Origin: Flavobacteriales bacterium UBA7612
GTDB lineage: Bacteria > Bacteroidota > Bacteroidia > Flavobacteriales > Weeksellaceae
Assembly (NCBI GenBank): GCA_002484335.1
Contig: DLJQ01000025.1
Coordinates: 87,423 to 151,422 of the forward strand
Direction of reading: 5' to 3'
DNA: 64,000 nt
The notes under the pieces were generated by a model. That model had not been told where the DNA came from and made no database searches. It saw only the letters and a program-made list of their open reading frames with translations. Position 1 is the stretch's first letter, and the number at the start of each line of letters is the position of its first letter. The translations under genes and the position numbers were made by a program. Shown here piece after piece: positions 28,642 through 38,454 of the stretch.

Positions 28642-31600
28642 ATGAAAAAAACAATTTTTACTTTACTAACAGCATTTTCTTTTTTACAATTGTCTGCACA
28701 AGAAAAAGTCTATTTTACATCAAATCCATCATTTAGTCCAGATGCAAAAACCATTTATTTTAGTTACGATAGTGACATTTGGAAAGTTGATGCTAATGGA
28801 GGAAATGCAACCAGAATAACAGCATTAGAAGGAGAAGAAACAAATCCTAGAGTTTCTCCAGATGGAAAATGGCTCGCATTTAGTTCAAACCAATATGGTA
28901 ATTATGATGTTTATGTAATGCCTATAAATGGAGGACAAATAAAGCAATTGACTTTTCATCAAGCGAAAGATGATGTAGAAAGCTGGAGTTGGGATAGTAA
29001 AAATATTTATTTCACATCAAACCAAAATAATAACTTCGGAAGTTTTAAAATTGCTTTAGATGGAGAAACACCACAACCATTGTTTACCAATTATTTTAAT
29101 ACAACAAATGGATTAGTAGAAACACCTTCTGGAGAATATATTTTTACAAATTCTACAGAAAGTGCAAATCAAGTTGCTCGTAAACGCTACAAGGGAGAAA
29201 ATAATCCAGATTTATTAGCGTATAATCCAAAAACAAAAGCATTTAAACAATATACAGATTATAGAGGAAAAGATTTTAATCCTACAGTTGATCAAAAAGG
29301 AATTATTTATTTTATTTCTGATGAAAATAACGGAGAATATAATCTTTATAAAATAGAAAATGGTAAAAAAGAAGCTTTAACAGCCTTTGATACATCAATT
29401 AAAAAACCTTTTGTTGCAGCAAATGGTTCAAAAGTGATTTTTGAAAAAGATTATCAATTGTTTGTTTATGATGTTAATACAAAAACAAGTAATCCAGTAA
29501 CAATTAATGTTAATACAAATAAAATAATAGATAAAGAACAAAGTTTTAGTACAGCTGATGAGGTTTCATTTTTTGATGTTTCTCCAGATGGAAAGAAAAT
29601 AGCATTTGTAAGTCGAGGAATTATTTTTGTTTCTGATATAGAGGGAAAATTCGTTAATAAAATTACAGATGGAAAAGAACGAGTTCTAGAAGTAAAATGG
29701 TTAAAAGACAATCAAAATTTAATTTTTAATCAAACTTACAAAGGATATCAAAATTGGTTTAAAGTTGCAGCAAATGGAAAAGGAAGATCAGAGCAATTAA
29801 CATCAGATACAAGAAATAATAGAGATATCACATTTAATCATGATTTATCACAAGCGGTTTATTTAAGTGGACGAGATGAAGTAAGATTATTGGATTTAAA
29901 ATCATTTAAATCATCTACTATTGTTAAAGATGAAATTTGGGGATTTCAAAATTCTAAACCATCATTTTCTCCAAATGATGAATATGTTTTATTTTCAGCT
30001 AAGCGAAATTTCGAATTAGATATATTTATACATAATATCAAAAAAAATAAAACAATTAATCTTACAAACACTGGCGTATCCGAGGAAGATCCGACTTGGT
30101 CTCCTGATGGTAAATACATTTATTTTGCAAGTGATAGAACTAATCCTTCTTATCCATTAGGAATGCAAAAATCTAATATTTACAAAGCATCTTTAGATTG
30201 GTTTGATGAAGCTTATAAATCTGAAAAATTTGATAATCTTTTTGTAGAAGAAAAAAAGGTTGAGAAAAAGGAAAAGAAAGAGGAGAAAAAAGAACTTAAA
30301 GAATTAACTGTAAATCCTGAAGGATTTTTGGAACGAATAGAAATGGTTACAGATCGATTCGGATATCAAACAAATCCATTTCTTTTTTCCGATGATAAAA
30401 AACAATATTTATTTTATAACTCAAACCAAGACAATGGAAAATTCCAATTGTTTAGAAATGTAACTTCTGATTTTGAAGAGAGCAAAACAGATAAAGTTTT
30501 CGCAAAAGGAGCTGATTATATTATTAGAAATGATAAAAATTTATATGCTTTAATTGATGATAGTGTGTATAAATTTGGTATTAGTTCTACAAATCCAGAA
30601 AAAATAAATCTTAACTACAGTTTTGATAAAAATTTATCTTCAGAATTTACACAAATGTATGATGAAGCTTGGGCTGGAATAGAAGAAAATTTCTACGATG
30701 AAAATTTTCATGGAGTTGATTGGAAAGCTAAAAAACAACAATATGCAACTTATTTACCATTTGTAAATAATCGTAATGATTTAAGAATATTATTAAATGA
30801 TTTATTAGGAGAATTAAATTCTTCTCATTTAGGTTTTTCTTCGTCTGGAAAAGAAGAAGATAAACGATTAAATTATTTTACAAATGAAACAGGCTTAGTA
30901 TTCAAGAATGATCAACCATTTGTTGTTGATAGAATTGTAAGAAAATCTCCTGCATTTCTTAAAAATGTAGATATAAAAGAAGGCGATGTTTTAATTGCTG
31001 TGAATGATCAGAAAGTTGATGAAAAAATAAATAGAGATTTTTATTTTACTACACCTAAAAAATTGGATGAATTAAAATTAGAATTTAATAGAAATGGTAA
31101 AACAATCACAACTAAAATTCATCCAATAGCAAATTATACATTTAGAGGACTTTTATATGATGAATGGATTTATGAAAATCGTCAACGAGTAAAACAATTG
31201 AGTAATGATAGAATTGCTTATTCGTACATGAAAAACATGACTTCTCCAGAATTGGATGCTTTTTTATTGGATATGGTAGAACAAGAAAATAAAAAAGAAG
31301 GTGTAATTCTTGATTTACGTTTCAATACAGGAGGAAATGTTCATGATAAAGTTTTAAACTTTTTAGCGCAACGTCCATATTTACAATGGAAATATCGTGA
31401 AGGACAATTAACAGTACAACCAAATTTTGCTCCTTCAGGTAAACCAATTGTATTATTAATTAATGAATATTCATTAAGTGATGCAGAAATGACTTCTGCA
31501 GGATTCAAAGCACTTAAATTAGGTAAAATAATTGGTCAAGAAACCTATCGTTGGATCATTTTTACATCAGGGAAAAGTTTAGTAGATGGTTCTTTTTATA

Positions 31601-31761
31601 GAATTCCTGCTTGGGGAACATATACATTAGATGGTAAAAATTTAGAGAAAACAGGTGTTTCTCCTGATATATATATCAAGAATACATTTATGGATCGTTT
31701 AGAAAATAAAGATCCTCAGCTAGAAAGAGCTGTTCAAGAAATATTAAAAGAAATTAAATAA
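28642..31761 (+). CDS. Exported tricorn-like S41 peptidase
   Basis: Signal peptide, PD40/TolB-type propeller repeats (SPDGK), GELNSSH, a PDZ-like region, DLRFNTGG, SLSDAE and GVSPDI motifs. Confidence 0.9.
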   Translation: MKKTIFTLLTAFSFLQLSAQEKVYFTSNPSFSPDAKTIYFSYDSDIWKVDANGGNATRITALEGEETNPRVSPDGKWLAFSSNQYGNYDVYVMPINGGQIKQLTFHQAKDDVESWSWDSKNIYFTSNQNNNFGSFKIALDGETPQPLFTNYFNTTNGLVETPSGEYIFTNSTESANQVARKRYKGENNPDLLAYNPKTKAFKQYTDYRGKDFNPTVDQKGIIYFISDENNGEYNLYKIENGKKEALTAFDTSIKKPFVAANGSKVIFEKDYQLFVYDVNTKTSNPVTINVNTNKIIDKEQSFSTADEVSFFDVSPDGKKIAFVSRGIIFVSDIEGKFVNKITDGKERVLEVKWLKDNQNLIFNQTYKGYQNWFKVAANGKGRSEQLTSDTRNNRDITFNHDLSQAVYLSGRDEVRLLDLKSFKSSTIVKDEIWGFQNSKPSFSPNDEYVLFSAKRNFELDIFIHNIKKNKTINLTNTGVSEEDPTWSPDGKYIYFASDRTNPSYPLGMQKSNIYKASLDWFDEAYKSEKFDNLFVEEKKVEKKEKKEEKKELKELTVNPEGFLERIEMVTDRFGYQTNPFLFSDDKKQYLFYNSNQDNGKFQLFRNVTSDFEESKTDKVFAKGADYIIRNDKNLYALIDDSVYKFGISSTNPEKINLNYSFDKNLSSEFTQMYDEAWAGIEENFYDENFHGVDWKAKKQQYATYLPFVNNRNDLRILLNDLLGELNSSHLGFSSSGKEEDKRLNYFTNETGLVFKNDQPFVVDRIVRKSPAFLKNVDIKEGDVLIAVNDQKVDEKINRDFYFTTPKKLDELKLEFNRNGKTITTKIHPIANYTFRGLLYDEWIYENRQRVKQLSNDRIAYSYMKNMTSPELDAFLLDMVEQENKKEGVILDLRFNTGGNVHDKVLNFLAQRPYLQWKYREGQLTVQPNFAPSGKPIVLLINEYSLSDAEMTSAGFKALKLGKIIGQETYRWIIFTSGKSLVDGSFYRIPAWGTYTLDGKNLEKTGVSPDIYIKNTFMDRLENKDPQLERAVQEILKEIK

Positions 31762-31762
31762 T

Positions 31763-31840
31763 TAGTTTTAAGGCTTAAGATTTTAATATGTAAGTTGTTA
31801 ATTTACTTGTGTGTTAAAATCTTTATTTCTTAAGTCTAAA
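31763..31840 (+). repeat. TAAG/CTTA inverted arms at the S41-hisA junction, with a 19-bp stem
   Basis: 31777-31795 AAGATTTTAATATGTAAGT pairs with 31805-31823 ACTTGTGTGTTAAAATCTT; all four non-Watson-Crick positions are G.U on the + strand. Confidence 0.75.
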
Positions 31841-31856
31841 GAATCAAAATATAGTG

Positions 31857-32573
31857 ATGAGAATTATACCTGCAATAGATATTATAGAAGGAAAATGTGT
31901 ACGTCTTTCTCAAGGAGATTACAATACAAAAAAAATATACAACGAGAATCCTTTAGAAATTGCAAAAGAATTTGAGGAATATGGAATTGAATATTTGCAT
32001 TTGGTCGATTTAGATGGAGCAAAATCCAGCCAAATTATTAACTATAAAACATTAGAATTAATTGCAACAAAAACAAATCTGAAAATAGATTTTGGAGGAG
32101 GAATAAAATCGAATAATGATATCCGAATAGCCTTTGAATCTGGTGCAAATCAAATCACAGGAGGAAGTATTGCTGTACAAAATCCAACTTTATTTAATGA
32201 ATGGATTTCAGAATATGGTAGCGAAAAAATTATTTTGGGTGCGGATGCTAAAGATAGAAAAATAGCAACGCATGGTTGGCTAGAAAGTTCTGAATTGGAT
32301 GTGATAGAGTTTATAAAAGAATACCATACAAAAGGTATCGATTATGTGATTTGTACAGATATTGCTAAAGATGGTATGTTACAAGGAACATCGAATGAAT
32401 TGTATCAGGAGATTTTAACAAATGCTAATATTAAATTAATTGCTTCTGGAGGTGTTTCTTCAATTGATGATTTAATAAAAGTAAAAGAATTAGGTTGTGA
32501 AGGAGCTATTCTTGGTAAAGCAATTTATGAAGGTAAAATAGAGTTGAAAGAAGTAGTTAAGTTATTCGTTTAG
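31857..32573 (+). CDS. hisA: ProFAR isomerase
   Basis: [33 protein letters not shown] and ASGG motifs. Confidence 0.97.
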   Translation: MRIIPAIDIIEGKCVRLSQGDYNTKKIYNENPLEIAKEFEEYGIEYLHLVDLDGAKSSQIINYKTLELIATKTNLKIDFGGGIKSNNDIRIAFESGANQITGGSIAVQNPTLFNEWISEYGSEKIILGADAKDRKIATHGWLESSELDVIEFIKEYHTKGIDYVICTDIAKDGMLQGTSNELYQEILTNANIKLIASGGVSSIDDLIKVKELGCEGAILGKAIYEGKIELKEVVKLFV

Positions 32574-32650
32574 TATGTTTTTAGGTTTATAAATTGATAT
32601 TTAACTGAACCAAATAGCTACTTAAAAACTTAATTACTGATGACTTAAAA
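32551..32650. repeat. Inverted 8-nt-period arms at the hisA-hisF junction (empty; left arm overlaps the end of hisA)
   Basis: Left arm AAGTAGTT AAGTTATT CGTTTAGT ATGTTTTT AGGTTTAT; right arm AACTGAAC ... TACTTAAA AACTTAAT TACTGATG ACTTAAAA. Confidence 0.6.
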
Positions 32651-32661
32651 ATATAAAAAAG

Positions 32662-33414
32662 GTGTTAAAAAAAAGAATTATTCCGTGTCTTGATATCAAA
32701 GATGGAAGAACGGTAAAAGGGATAAATTTTGAAGGTTTACGAGATGCTGGAGATCCAGTAGAGTTAGCCAAAAAATATGTTGATGAAGGAGCAGATGAAT
32801 TGGTTTTCTTAGATATTACAGCAACGCAAGAAAAACGAAAGACATTAGCAGAAATGGTAAAACGAATAGGAGAAGCAATTAATATTCCTTTTACTGTTGG
32901 TGGAGGAATAAACTCTGTCGAAGATGCTTCTATAGTTATTAATGCTGGTGCAGATAAAGTATCAGTTAATTCATCTGCTGTAAAAAATCCACAACTTATT
33001 TCAGAATTAGCAGCTCAATTTGGATCACAATGTGTTGTTGTAGCTGTAGATACAAGAAATGTGGATGGAACACAAAAAGTTTTTGTGAGTGGAGGAAAAA
33101 TTGAAACAGATTGGAAAACTTTAGACTGGGTAAAAAAAGTTGAAGAACTTGGGGCAGGAGAAATATTATTAACATCAATGGATGGTGATGGAACGAAAGC
33201 TGGTTTCAAGATAGATATTACTAAAGCTGTTGCTGATATGGTTAATTTACCTGTTATTGCATCTGGTGGAGCAGGAAAAAAAGAACATTTTTCTGAAGTA
33301 TTTACTCAAACAAAAGCGAATGGAGGATTGGCTGCAAGTATTTTCCATTTTGGAGAAATACCAATTCCAGAATTAAAAAATTATTTAAAAGAACAAAACA
33401 TACCAATACGATGA
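32662..33414 (+). CDS. hisF: Imidazole glycerol phosphate synthase, cyclase subunit
   Basis: [27 protein letters not shown] and [15 protein letters not shown] motifs. Confidence 0.97.
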   Translation: MLKKRIIPCLDIKDGRTVKGINFEGLRDAGDPVELAKKYVDEGADELVFLDITATQEKRKTLAEMVKRIGEAINIPFTVGGGINSVEDASIVINAGADKVSVNSSAVKNPQLISELAAQFGSQCVVVAVDTRNVDGTQKVFVSGGKIETDWKTLDWVKKVEELGAGEILLTSMDGDGTKAGFKIDITKAVADMVNLPVIASGGAGKKEHFSEVFTQTKANGGLAASIFHFGEIPIPELKNYLKEQNIPIR

Positions 33415-34022
33415 ATATTGATTTTACAAAAAGCAATGATGGATTAGTTCCTGTGATTATTCAAAATTATTTGAATAATCAAGTTTTAATGCTTGGTTAC
33501 ATGAATCAAGAAGCTTTTGATAAAACAAAAGAAATAGGAAGAGTTACTTTCTTTTCTCGTTCAAAAAATAGATTATGGACAAAAGGAGAAGAATCAGGTA
33601 ATTTTCTAGAAGTAAAATCAATTGCTATTGATTGTGATAATGATACTATTCTTATTAAAACAAAACCTTATGGACCAACATGTCATACAGGAGCAATAAC
33701 TTGTTTTAAAGAAGAATCGAACAGAGGATTTGTTTATGAATTAGAACAAACGATAAATGATCGTATTGATTTAGATGATGATCCAAACTCTTATACCAAT
33801 AAATTATACAAACGAGGAATTAATAAAGTTGCTCAAAAAGTTGGAGAAGAAGCGATAGAAGTTGTAATTGAAGCAAAAGATAATAACGATGATTTGTTTT
33901 TAAATGAATCAGCAGATTTACTTTATCATTATCTTATTCTATTAAAAGCAAAAGGTTTTAAATTAGAAGATGTTGAAGATATTTTGAAAAGTAGAGAAAA
34001 TGCTCCTCGAAGAGATAGTTAA
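33411..34022 (+). CDS. hisIE: Bifunctional phosphoribosyl-AMP cyclohydrolase / phosphoribosyl-ATP pyrophosphatase
   Basis: [24 protein letters not shown] and ESADLLYH motifs. Confidence 0.97.
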   Translation: MNIDFTKSNDGLVPVIIQNYLNNQVLMLGYMNQEAFDKTKEIGRVTFFSRSKNRLWTKGEESGNFLEVKSIAIDCDNDTILIKTKPYGPTCHTGAITCFKEESNRGFVYELEQTINDRIDLDDDPNSYTNKLYKRGINKVAQKVGEEAIEVVIEAKDNNDDLFLNESADLLYHYLILLKAKGFKLEDVEDILKSRENAPRRDS

Positions 34023-34026
34023 AATA

Positions 34027-34053
34027 AAAAGGATTGCTTTAGCAATCCTTTTA
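34027..34053 (+). terminator. his operon terminator
   Basis: AAAAGGATTGCT-TT-AGCAATCCTTTT. Confidence 0.8.
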
Positions 34054-34159
34054 TGTTTGTTTTTAACTTTTTAATTAAAAATAAGTAATATGTATATTTA
34101 TTATCAATTAGATATAAAATAAAATGACCTTTCTCATGAAATGAATATAAAATCTAAAT

Positions 34160-34219
34160 GTTTAGAATAATTATAAATAATATATTATTTTTGACATCCA
34201 ATTAATAGTTGGTCTAAAT
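34160..34219 (+). promoter_or_regulatory. Promoter with two Fur-box-like sites
   Basis: GTTTAGAATAATTATAAAT (34160-78), TATTTTTG (34186-93) and ATTAATAGTTGGTCTAAAT (34201-19). Confidence 0.55.
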
Positions 34220-34233
34220 AACAATTATAAAAA

Positions 34234-35697
34234 ATGAAAAAATTATTTATAACTCTAGTTTTGCTTTCTTCTTTCATAAAAGCACAAACAAATACATTAT
34301 TAAATGCAGATTTCTGGAAAGCAAATCCAACGATAGCAGTTGTTAAAGAAGAAATCTCTAAAGGGAATAATCCAGCACAACCAAATGGAGGTAATTTTGA
34401 CCCTACAACTTTAGCAATTAATAATAATGCATCATTAGATGTTATAAAATATTTAGTAGAACAACCAGGTAATAGTGTAAAGAAATCTACACACGATGGT
34501 AGACAATACATTCATTGGGCTGCAATGAGAGGGAATTTAGAAGCAATTAATTATTTAATAGCTAAAGGATCTGATGTGAATAAAACTGATGATAAAGGAG
34601 CAACTCCGTTAGCTTTCGCAGCTGGTTTTGGTCAAATAGATCCTGCTATATATAAAGCATTTTTTGATGCAGGAGTAAATCCAAAAGAAAAATATAGTAA
34701 TGGTGAAACAATTTTATTTAAAGCTATAGGAAATGATAAAGATTTTAAATTAACAGAATATTTACTTTCTAAAGGATTATCTTTAAAAGATGTAGATAAT
34801 AATGGGAATACTCTTTTTGATTATGCAGCTATAAATGGAAATGTAGAGTTATTAAAATCATTAGTAAAAAAGGGTGTAAAACCAACAAATGGTGCATTGA
34901 TATATGCTTCAAGAGGAACTCGTTTTGCAGCTAATACATTAGATACTTATAAATATTTAGTTGAAGAAGTAAAATTAGATCCAAAGACTAAAGGTACAAA
35001 TGGAGAAAATGTTTTGCATAATATTGTTAGAAAAAAAGACCAAGCTGATGTAATTAATTATTTTATTGGAAAAGGGGTAGATGTTAATGCTACAGATAAT
35101 GACGGTAATAATAGTTTAATGATCGCTTCTTCAACAAATAATTTAGATGCTGTAAAACAAATTTTAGCTAAAACTAAAAATATTAATACTGTTAACGCAA
35201 AAGGTGAATCAGCATTATTTGCAGCAGTTCAGAAAGGTTCTCCAGAAGTTGTTTCTTATTTAATTCAAAACGGAGCTAAAACTGATCTTAAGGCAAACGA
35301 AGGAAATTTAGGAGTTTACTTAATTCAATCGTATAGAAAACAAAATGCAAAAGATTTTGAACAAAAACTAGCTATTTTAACTAAAGCAGGTTTAAATCTT
35401 TCTACACCACAAGCTGATGGAAGTACATTATACATGACAGCAGTTACAAAAAATGATCTTGATTTATTAAAATTATTAGCACCTTTAAAAATTGATGTTA
35501 ATGCACAAAACTCTGATGGAATGACAGCCTTACATCGTGCAGCTTTTGTAGCACAGGATGATGCTGTATTAAAATATCTTTTATCTATTGGAGCGAAAAA
35601 AGATCTTAAAACAGAATTTGATGAAACTGCTTACGATTTAGCAAGTGAGAATGAATATTTAAAAGAAAATAATATATCAGTTGAGTTTTTAAAATAA
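34234..35697 (+). CDS. Exported ankyrin-repeat protein
   Basis: Signal peptide; repeated ankyrin motifs (IHWAAMRGN, GATPLAFAA, GMTALHRAA). Confidence 0.9.
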   Translation: MKKLFITLVLLSSFIKAQTNTLLNADFWKANPTIAVVKEEISKGNNPAQPNGGNFDPTTLAINNNASLDVIKYLVEQPGNSVKKSTHDGRQYIHWAAMRGNLEAINYLIAKGSDVNKTDDKGATPLAFAAGFGQIDPAIYKAFFDAGVNPKEKYSNGETILFKAIGNDKDFKLTEYLLSKGLSLKDVDNNGNTLFDYAAINGNVELLKSLVKKGVKPTNGALIYASRGTRFAANTLDTYKYLVEEVKLDPKTKGTNGENVLHNIVRKKDQADVINYFIGKGVDVNATDNDGNNSLMIASSTNNLDAVKQILAKTKNINTVNAKGESALFAAVQKGSPEVVSYLIQNGAKTDLKANEGNLGVYLIQSYRKQNAKDFEQKLAILTKAGLNLSTPQADGSTLYMTAVTKNDLDLLKLLAPLKIDVNAQNSDGMTALHRAAFVAQDDAVLKYLLSIGAKKDLKTEFDETAYDLASENEYLKENNISVEFLK

Positions 35698-35724
35698 TAC
35701 AACTGTAAATAAAAAAAACATACA

Positions 35725-36207
35725 ATGAAATCTATTTTAAAATTAACATTTGTAACATTATTTTTAGCTCTATCATCTTTTGGATTTGCACAAAATGCAA
35801 AATACAAATGCATGTTGCAATTAAAAAACTATAAAGGTGAAGGTGCTTACGTAGTAGTTTCTTTAGTTGATGCAAAAGGTGCTTACGAAAAAACATTATA
35901 CATCATGGGTGCTGATAAGCAATGGTACAATGGTTTCAAACAATGGGATAAATTCAACAAAAAGAAAAAAGAAAAGTTGAGTGGAATTACGGGAGCTTCT
36001 ATTGGAGCAGGAGATCGTAGTATCACAACTTTTGCAATAGATGAATCTAAATTAAACAAAGGATACAAATTACGTTTTGAATCTGCTGTAGAAGATGGAG
36101 AATATCATGTTTCTGATGTAGAAATTCCTTTAACAACAGCAGCTTTAACTCAAAAGGCAGAAGGAAAGGGGTACATAAGATACGTGAAATTAACGAAAGC
36201 TCAATAA
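35725..36207 (+). CDS. DUF2271-like exported protein, candidate flavinylation substrate
   Basis: Signal peptide, YKGEGAYVVV, LRFESAVEDG and an SGITGAS ([S/T]GA[S/T]) motif. Confidence 0.75.
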   Translation: MKSILKLTFVTLFLALSSFGFAQNAKYKCMLQLKNYKGEGAYVVVSLVDAKGAYEKTLYIMGADKQWYNGFKQWDKFNKKKKEKLSGITGASIGAGDRSITTFAIDESKLNKGYKLRFESAVEDGEYHVSDVEIPLTTAALTQKAEGKGYIRYVKLTKAQ

Positions 36208-36218
36208 GGAATTTCATC

Positions 36219-38420
36219 ATGATTTTATCAATTTGGCGCTATGCTCATCTTACTTTAGCATATATATCATTTCTATTTATAACAATGACTTCTATTACAG
36301 GAGTCATTTTGTCATTTCGACCTATAGAGCAAAAACTTCATCCTTATAAAGTAGAACAATTCAATACAATTTCTTTAGCTGAAACTTTACCTATTTTACA
36401 ACAAAAATATGGAGATTTAACAGAGTTGAGTATTGATAAAAATAAATTTGTAACATTAGAAGGTTTTGATGAAGACGGAAATGATTTTAAATTTTATGTT
36501 GATCCAAGAACAGGAGAAAAATTAGGCGATCCTATAGAGAAGAGTGAGTTTATGAACTCTGTAATAACTCTTCATCGTTCATTATTTTTACATGAAACAG
36601 GTCGGGTTATAATTGGAGTAATGACTTTCTTGCTATTTCTAATTGCTGTTTCTGGATTAGTATTAATTATAAAAAGACAGCAAGGATTTCGACATTTTTT
36701 TGCTAAAATAAATAAAGAATATTTTTCACAATATTATCATGTTATTTTTGGGAGAATTTTTCTTATTCCAATTATTATAATAACATTCACAGGAGTTTTT
36801 ATGGTTTTAAATCGATTTGATTTAATTCCTAAAAATGAAAAATTAAATACAGAAATTACTTCATCTGTAAATGAAAATACAAAGAGAATTTCCTTAAAAG
36901 ATTTTTCATCATTTAAGGAAATAAAATTAGTTGATGTTAGAAAAATAGAATTCCCTTTTGATCGAGAAGATCCTCAAGAGTTTTATAAAATAACAGTCAC
37001 AGGACAAGAGTTTATTATCAACCAAATTAATGGAAAAATAGAAGCTCAAACTCCTTTTTCTACTGCGCAAGCATTGCTTCGATATAGTAGTAAATTACAC
37101 ACAGGACACGTAAATATAGTTTGGGCAGTAATTTTAGCAATCTCTTGCTTTAGTATTTTATTTTTTATTTATTCTGGTTTCGTTATCACATTCAAACGCA
37201 CAAAAACAAAAATAGCTAAGAATAAATTCAAATCAAATGAAGCCGAAATTATACTTCTTGTAGGTTCAGAAAATGGCGCGACTTTAGGTTTTATAGATAA
37301 AATTCAAACACAATTATTGGCGAATGGTAAAAAATCATTTGTTACTCAAATGAATCAATACGAAGTGTATCCCAATGCGAAACAATTCATAGTTTTTACA
37401 TCTACATACGGAATAGGTGATGCACCAACAAATGCTAAAAAATTTGAAGAATTAGTCAGTAAATTTCCACAACAACAAAAAGTTGATTTTACAGTGGTTG
37501 GTTTTGGATCTCGTTCTTATAAAGAATTTTGTGCTTATGCTTATAAGGTAGATAATTTATTAGAAAAGCAGGAATGGACGAATCGTTTATTGAATATTGT
37601 AACTGTAAATGATAAATCACCAGAAGAATTTACAACTTGGGTAAAAGAATACAAAGAAGCTACAGATATTCCTTTAGCTACAACACCAGCAATGTATGTA
37701 GGAAAAGCTCCTAAATTAAAAAACATGAATGTTTTTTCATTAACAAAAATTACTGATGAAGATGCTACATTTAATGTGACATTATCTGTAAAGGAAAAAT
37801 TTAAATCAGGAGATTTATTGGCAATATATCCTGCAAATGATCATCGAGAAAGATTATATTCAATCGGAAAAGTTAATAATAAATTACAATTGGTAGTTAA
37901 GTTACACGAGTTTGGTTTAGGTTCTCAATACTTACATCAACTAGTAGAAGGAGCTTCAATCAAGGCACGTATTGTAAAGAATAAAGCTTTTCATTTTCCT
38001 AGTAAGGCAACAAAAGTTATAATGATAGCAAATGGAACAGGAATAGCTCCATTTTTAGGAATGATAGATGAAAATAATAAAAATGTAGAAACACATTTAT
38101 ATACAGGTTTCAAATATCATAATTCCATTACAAAGAACTACGAATCATTTGCAAAAGAACAAATCAATAAAAATCATTTAGCGAAATTTAATATTGCATT
38201 TTCTCGTGAAGAACAAAAGCAATATGTTATGGATTTGGTAAAACAAGATGAACGTTTTTTTGCTGAAACTTTACAAAATGGTGGAATTATAATGATTTGT
38301 GGAGCTTTAGCAATGCAACATGATATTGAAAAAGTTTTAGAAATTATTTGTCAAGAACATTTAGCAAAAACATTTGAAGAATTTAAGATGAATGGACAAT
38401 TTTTGACTGATTGTTATTAA
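36219..38420 (+). CDS. PepSY-associated TM domain fused to flavodoxin and FNR-like reductase domains
   Basis: TM helices with His residues (AHL, LHRSL, YYH, LHTG); flavodoxin GSENG and TSTYG.GDAP; FNR RLYSI, GTGIAPF, AFSRE and ICG motifs. Confidence 0.85.
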   Translation: MILSIWRYAHLTLAYISFLFITMTSITGVILSFRPIEQKLHPYKVEQFNTISLAETLPILQQKYGDLTELSIDKNKFVTLEGFDEDGNDFKFYVDPRTGEKLGDPIEKSEFMNSVITLHRSLFLHETGRVIIGVMTFLLFLIAVSGLVLIIKRQQGFRHFFAKINKEYFSQYYHVIFGRIFLIPIIIITFTGVFMVLNRFDLIPKNEKLNTEITSSVNENTKRISLKDFSSFKEIKLVDVRKIEFPFDREDPQEFYKITVTGQEFIINQINGKIEAQTPFSTAQALLRYSSKLHTGHVNIVWAVILAISCFSILFFIYSGFVITFKRTKTKIAKNKFKSNEAEIILLVGSENGATLGFIDKIQTQLLANGKKSFVTQMNQYEVYPNAKQFIVFTSTYGIGDAPTNAKKFEELVSKFPQQQKVDFTVVGFGSRSYKEFCAYAYKVDNLLEKQEWTNRLLNIVTVNDKSPEEFTTWVKEYKEATDIPLATTPAMYVGKAPKLKNMNVFSLTKITDEDATFNVTLSVKEKFKSGDLLAIYPANDHRERLYSIGKVNNKLQLVVKLHEFGLGSQYLHQLVEGASIKARIVKNKAFHFPSKATKVIMIANGTGIAPFLGMIDENNKNVETHLYTGFKYHNSITKNYESFAKEQINKNHLAKFNIAFSREEQKQYVMDLVKQDERFFAETLQNGGIIMICGALAMQHDIEKVLEIICQEHLAKTFEEFKMNGQFLTDCY

Positions 38421-38454
38421 TTTATATAATGATTAATTCGAATTAAATTTCTTC

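Noticed and set aside
23744..32650. Junction repeats as a CRISPR array or IS terminal repeats
   Set aside because: Units are 7-8 nt and degenerate, with no constant repeat-spacer pattern, cas genes, transposase or clear target-site duplication.
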